Part shown: positions 60,420 to 64,000 of the stretch, piece after piece
How the letters are laid out: each line of letters starts with the position of its first letter
How positions within the stretch are numbered: the stretch's first letter is position 1
Assembly: GCA_963422735.1 (NCBI GenBank)
Contig: OY730476.1
Location: 512,001-576,000, forward strand
DNA length: 64,000 nucleotides
Reading direction: 5' to 3'
Origin: Candidatus Latescibacterota bacterium
GTDB lineage: Bacteria; Latescibacterota; UBA2968; UBA8231
Made by a program: the position numbers and the translations under genes
The notes under the pieces: model-generated
Told to the model about the DNA's origin: nothing
The model's input: the letters and a program-made list of their open reading frames with translations, nothing else
The model's database searches: none

Positions 60420-61319
60420 ATGAAGAGACTGACTCTTCTCGCCTTGGTCGCGGTGATGGCTGCTTCGGCGGCTTTTGCGCACCAAGCTAACTATTTCATG
60501 CCGCAGATTCCCAATCCCGACAACATGGTCATCGACGGCAACGACGACGACTGGGGCTGGATTGATCCGGCTTTTGCTATCAACCCGGACACCATGTACG
60601 AGATCCTCGGCAGCGAGTGGCCCCCGGCCAAAGACGATTGGGACTGCATTCTCTACGTGGCTTGGAGCTCGGCACCCGACAATTCGCTTTACTACTTTTC
60701 TCGGGTTACCGATGACTCGCTGGGCCTCTTTGTCGAGAACCCTCAGGAGTATTGGAAGGACGACTCGCTGGAAATCATCGTCGATGCCGATCACTCAAGT
60801 GAGAACTTCAACGAGACCGAACAAATCTCCGGCCAGCAGTACGGCATTCGCATCCTGCCCGCCGCTGGTCAGAAGGACACTTGGATCTTCAACGTGGCGC
60901 AGGAGAGCATCCTGTGGTCCACCGAGCGTCCTTGGTTCGTTTATGAGTGGACCCTCGATCCGCCGGACGCCCGTCCGATGGAGCAGCCCGCTGGTAGCTC
61001 GGTGACCTACACCTACGAGGTCAAGCAGGCCTTGTGGACCTCCCATGACAAGACGGGCCCCGAGGGCAGCGCTCGCCACAATTTTGCCCCCGACCAGATC
61101 ATCGGTCTGACCTTTCAGTTTGACGAGACCGAAAATCCCGAGGTGGGCCGAGAGAAGCAGCCGGGCACGACGCCGGTCAACGGCGCATTCCAGGACAACT
61201 CGAACGGCTCGGACTTCATCGCGGTGGAGACCGAAGGCGCTACGGGTGGCACGGGCGGCGACGATACGGCTGTCGAGGCCGATAGCTGGGGTCGGATCAA
61301 AGGCTATATGGTCCAATAA
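60420..61319 (+). CDS. Secreted protein with CBM9/DOMON-like sugar-binding fold and C-terminal TAVE..SWGRIK motif
   Basis: Signal peptide; IDGNDDDW, LYYFSRVTDD, WKDDSLEIIVDAD and YTYEVK motifs. Confidence 0.75.
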   Translation: MKRLTLLALVAVMAASAAFAHQANYFMPQIPNPDNMVIDGNDDDWGWIDPAFAINPDTMYEILGSEWPPAKDDWDCILYVAWSSAPDNSLYYFSRVTDDSLGLFVENPQEYWKDDSLEIIVDADHSSENFNETEQISGQQYGIRILPAAGQKDTWIFNVAQESILWSTERPWFVYEWTLDPPDARPMEQPAGSSVTYTYEVKQALWTSHDKTGPEGSARHNFAPDQIIGLTFQFDETENPEVGREKQPGTTPVNGAFQDNSNGSDFIAVETEGATGGTGGDDTAVEADSWGRIKGYMVQ

Positions 61320-61442
61320 AGTGCATTCCTGGCGTTTTCGCTAGCGTAGCGCACATTGGGCGCAGGTAGATAAAGAGAGGTGGAGGCGACTTCATCTCTC
61401 TTTATCTATCGCCTCTGCATCGTTTTCAGGAAGGCATTCTCA

Positions 61443-62189
61443 ATGAGGATACGGAACATCGCAACAAGCGGGCTTTTGTCGGCTCTTTATCTGTTTGCGC
61501 TTGCCGGGTGCATCTCGCAGGTGGGGCTGCGGCGCTTTGCAACGTTTCCCGAACCGGTTCCGCAGCAAAACGAGGCCATGACTGTCCTCGACGACGGCGC
61601 GATCGTCTATGCCAAGGATCGCTTGGAGATCTCGCTACAGGTGTTGGATGACGGGTTCCTCAATCGCCAGTTCGCGGCGGATTCAAGGAAGGGTGCTGAA
61701 TCGACCAATCCATACACGTATGGCGATTGGAAGCCTTGGGGCCAAGACTGGACCCCGGAGCGCTTTACCGTGGTCTTGCTAAAGGTCAAAAACTACGAGT
61801 ATCCCAAGGTTTTCATCGACCCCACGGCGCTCGCGATCACTACGTCGAATAACCGAGTATATAACGCGCTCGACGGCGGGCAGCTCGAAGATTACTTCAG
61901 CCCGTATCTGCGGTCTTATGCTGGCAACCAGCGGCGGCAGTTCGAGGCTACCACCGACCTACTCAAAAGCACCGTCTATCCGCCCGACATGGTCTTTTCC
62001 GGCCAAGAGTCAACTGGGTACATCGTCTTTCCGGTTTTGCATAGAGACGTGAGTAACTTCACCGTCAATGTGCCGGACATAGCCGTGCGCTTCGACTACA
62101 AGGGCGAACCAGTGGAGACCATCGACCTACCATTCCAGTTTCAACGCGAAGTTTACTACGCGCTTCATCCCCGTGCGGAGACGCCGTAA
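61443..62189 (+). CDS. Hypothetical lipoprotein
   Basis: Lipobox LAGC; host-like codons; coupled to the next gene. Confidence 0.75.
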   Translation: MRIRNIATSGLLSALYLFALAGCISQVGLRRFATFPEPVPQQNEAMTVLDDGAIVYAKDRLEISLQVLDDGFLNRQFAADSRKGAESTNPYTYGDWKPWGQDWTPERFTVVLLKVKNYEYPKVFIDPTALAITTSNNRVYNALDGGQLEDYFSPYLRSYAGNQRRQFEATTDLLKSTVYPPDMVFSGQESTGYIVFPVLHRDVSNFTVNVPDIAVRFDYKGEPVETIDLPFQFQREVYYALHPRAETP

Positions 62190-64000
62190 TGCATCGAGGG
62201 ACGGCCCGCATTGCGGCGCTGTTGTGCGCCTTGTGCTCCTGTGCACAGTGGCTCGCCGCAGACGAATGGGTACTCGGAGGGCATGGGTTTTCTTGGGGAG
62301 ATCTCGTGCAGGTCCGCGCCCAGATCGACGACCAGAGTAGCCTTGGCGCGATTCAGATCCGCGGCTTTACGCCCGACGAGAACATCATCACCTCACTCTC
62401 TTGGGCCTATGGCAAGCCCAACGACTTGGTCAGCGAGGGCAATGCAGCCCTGTGGGACAATACGGCGGCTAAGAATTCCATTTCGCTGTCGATCGTCGAT
62501 GGCGACGACACCACGAGCACTGCAGACCTCTTCAAAACCGCTGGCGTCGATCAAGACGGACGCACTTTTTTTTTGGATATAGGCTCGCGCGTGCCAGCCG
62601 ACAGCTTGGTCTTCTTTCCCCGGCAAGAGGGGACGTACGCCAATGGCAAGCCCTTTAGCGCCGACTTTGTCCGCAAGCACCGGATTTCCGTTAGCGATGG
62701 GCTGACCTACGTGAACGAGCAGCCGCTCTTCACCTTACTGCGCGATGTCCCGGTGAACCCCAACAGCGTGTTCACCATGAAATTCCCCCAGCAGTTCATT
62801 CGCTTTATTCTGCTGCGAGTCGGGTCGCGGAACCCCTTTGAGATCGCCGAATTTGAACTCTACGGCAATGGTTTCGTGCCGCGGGCCACGTATCGGAGCC
62901 AAGTCATCGACTTAGGCGAGGTATCCAATTACGGCACCATATCTTGGGCCCAGCGGGCTTTGGAATTGGTGGATGGCGAGTTGATCGAGTTGCCGGATCT
63001 GGGGCAGACCTCGGTCGCAGTGCGCATGAAGACGGGCCAAGACGATAGCCCGCTGGTTCACTTCCAAAAGGTTGTTGACGATGAAACGCGGGCCGTGAGC
63101 CAAGAGGTGGTCTCGGAAGCGGATTACAACAAGCTGCCCTCGGGCAAGAAGGGCGACATCGAGGACGACATCGATAACTGGAGTCCTTGGTCGTTGCCGC
63201 TCAAATCCGGGCAATTGATCCCATTGCCCAGCCCACGCCCCTATTTTCAGTTACAGATCGTCATGGAGAGCAAATCCGTGACGCAGACGGTGCGCATTGA
63301 CTCGTTGCGGATTGAGCATTCGCTGCCCCCGGCCGCTGCGGTCGTCGGCGAGATCTCTTTGGCTGACGATCCCAACCCACCGGCCGACATCGGCGTAATC
63401 GACAAAGACGATGCCGTTGTGCTGCCGAGTATCGACGGGGGCGAAGAGGTGCTCTTCGCCTATGACGTGCGATCCGTAATAAACAACGACAACCAAAGCG
63501 GCTTTGATGTCTTGCGCATTGACACGCCGACGCCAGCGCGCTTTGTCGGCCTGCAGATGGGCGATCCGCTCCTGCCCGTGGAGCCGGATCGCGTGAGCGC
63601 GGGCGATAGAAGCCTTGAAGTGATTTTTACCAGCAATAAGATCACCTTTGACAACAATGTTCCGCTGCGCGTGCTCTTCGAGGGGTCGGCCGTGGTATTC
63701 GGCACGATTTTCACCGGCACGGTCTGGGATACCCAATCCGACATCCTCGGCCAGCCCGTGCTAGAAGGCGATGCCAACTTCGACGTCAGCACCAACTCGC
63801 TGCGCGTGGCCCTGACCCAGAAGTCCGTGGGCGAAATCGTCCGCGCCATAGAGTTTGATCCTTCGGTTTTCACGCCGAATGGGGATGGCATCAACGACCA
63901 CATCGCCATCAAGTACACCGTAATTCAGATTTCCGAGCCAAAGCCTATTGAGGTGGCCATTTACGACTTGGCGGGTCGGTTGGTGCGAGTGCTGGCCGAC
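62189..64000 (+). CDS. Large secreted protein with CHU_C/FlgD-Ig C-terminal domain (partial; absent from the ORF track because no stop falls in the window)
   Basis: ATG 62189 overlaps the upstream TAA; MHRGTARIAALLCAL.. and, in the same frame at the window end, FTPNGDGINDH..VAIYDLAGRLVRVL. Confidence 0.8.
   Translation, partial: MHRGTARIAALLCALCSCAQWLAADEWVLGGHGFSWGDLVQVRAQIDDQSSLGAIQIRGFTPDENIITSLSWAYGKPNDLVSEGNAALWDNTAAKNSISLSIVDGDDTTSTADLFKTAGVDQDGRTFFLDIGSRVPADSLVFFPRQEGTYANGKPFSADFVRKHRISVSDGLTYVNEQPLFTLLRDVPVNPNSVFTMKFPQQFIRFILLRVGSRNPFEIAEFELYGNGFVPRATYRSQVIDLGEVSNYGTISWAQRALELVDGELIELPDLGQTSVAVRMKTGQDDSPLVHFQKVVDDETRAVSQEVVSEADYNKLPSGKKGDIEDDIDNWSPWSLPLKSGQLIPLPSPRPYFQLQIVMESKSVTQTVRIDSLRIEHSLPPAAAVVGEISLADDPNPPADIGVIDKDDAVVLPSIDGGEEVLFAYDVRSVINNDNQSGFDVLRIDTPTPARFVGLQMGDPLLPVEPDRVSAGDRSLEVIFTSNKITFDNNVPLRVLFEGSAVVFGTIFTGTVWDTQSDILGQPVLEGDANFDVSTNSLRVALTQKSVGEIVRAIEFDPSVFTPNGDGINDHIAIKYTVIQISEPKPIEVAIYDLAGRLVRVLAD

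Overview
GC-rich bacterial chromosome segment. The FlgD/CHU_C-type C-terminal domains, the 'SWGRIK' tail and the gene content suggest Latescibacterota or a related FCB-group host-associated lineage (inference). From left to right: the glgC 3' end; a Pho-box-controlled porin-pstSCAB-phoU-phoBR operon extended by cytochrome c and HupE/UreJ genes; a higBA-like TA pair bracketed by a duplicated gene end; sugar-acid catabolic genes; ispG; a fused indolepyruvate:ferredoxin oxidoreductase; Gfo/Idh/MocA oxidoreductases; a divergent metal-uptake locus with a CxxC/RGPP leader ORF ahead of a TonB-dependent receptor; sigma54-type groESL; heptose/nucleotide-sugar genes and two GT-C-type glycosyltransferases; a PTS IIA gene; a three-part helicase-nuclease module (inactive UvrD-like protein, active UvrD, stand-alone Fe-S PD-(D/E)XK nuclease) with a coupled NYN RNase; an unusual sugar ABC transporter; and secreted proteins. 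Many intergenic gaps hold deletion-eroded scraps of defence, TA or other accessory genes. I recognised no rRNA, tRNA, CRISPR array or intact transposase/integrase. Best candidates for new biology are the split AddAB/AdnAB-like module, the metal-sensing arrest-peptide leader, and the 20-bp inverted repeats around a promoter. All family calls come from motif recognition by eye; no database searches were run.
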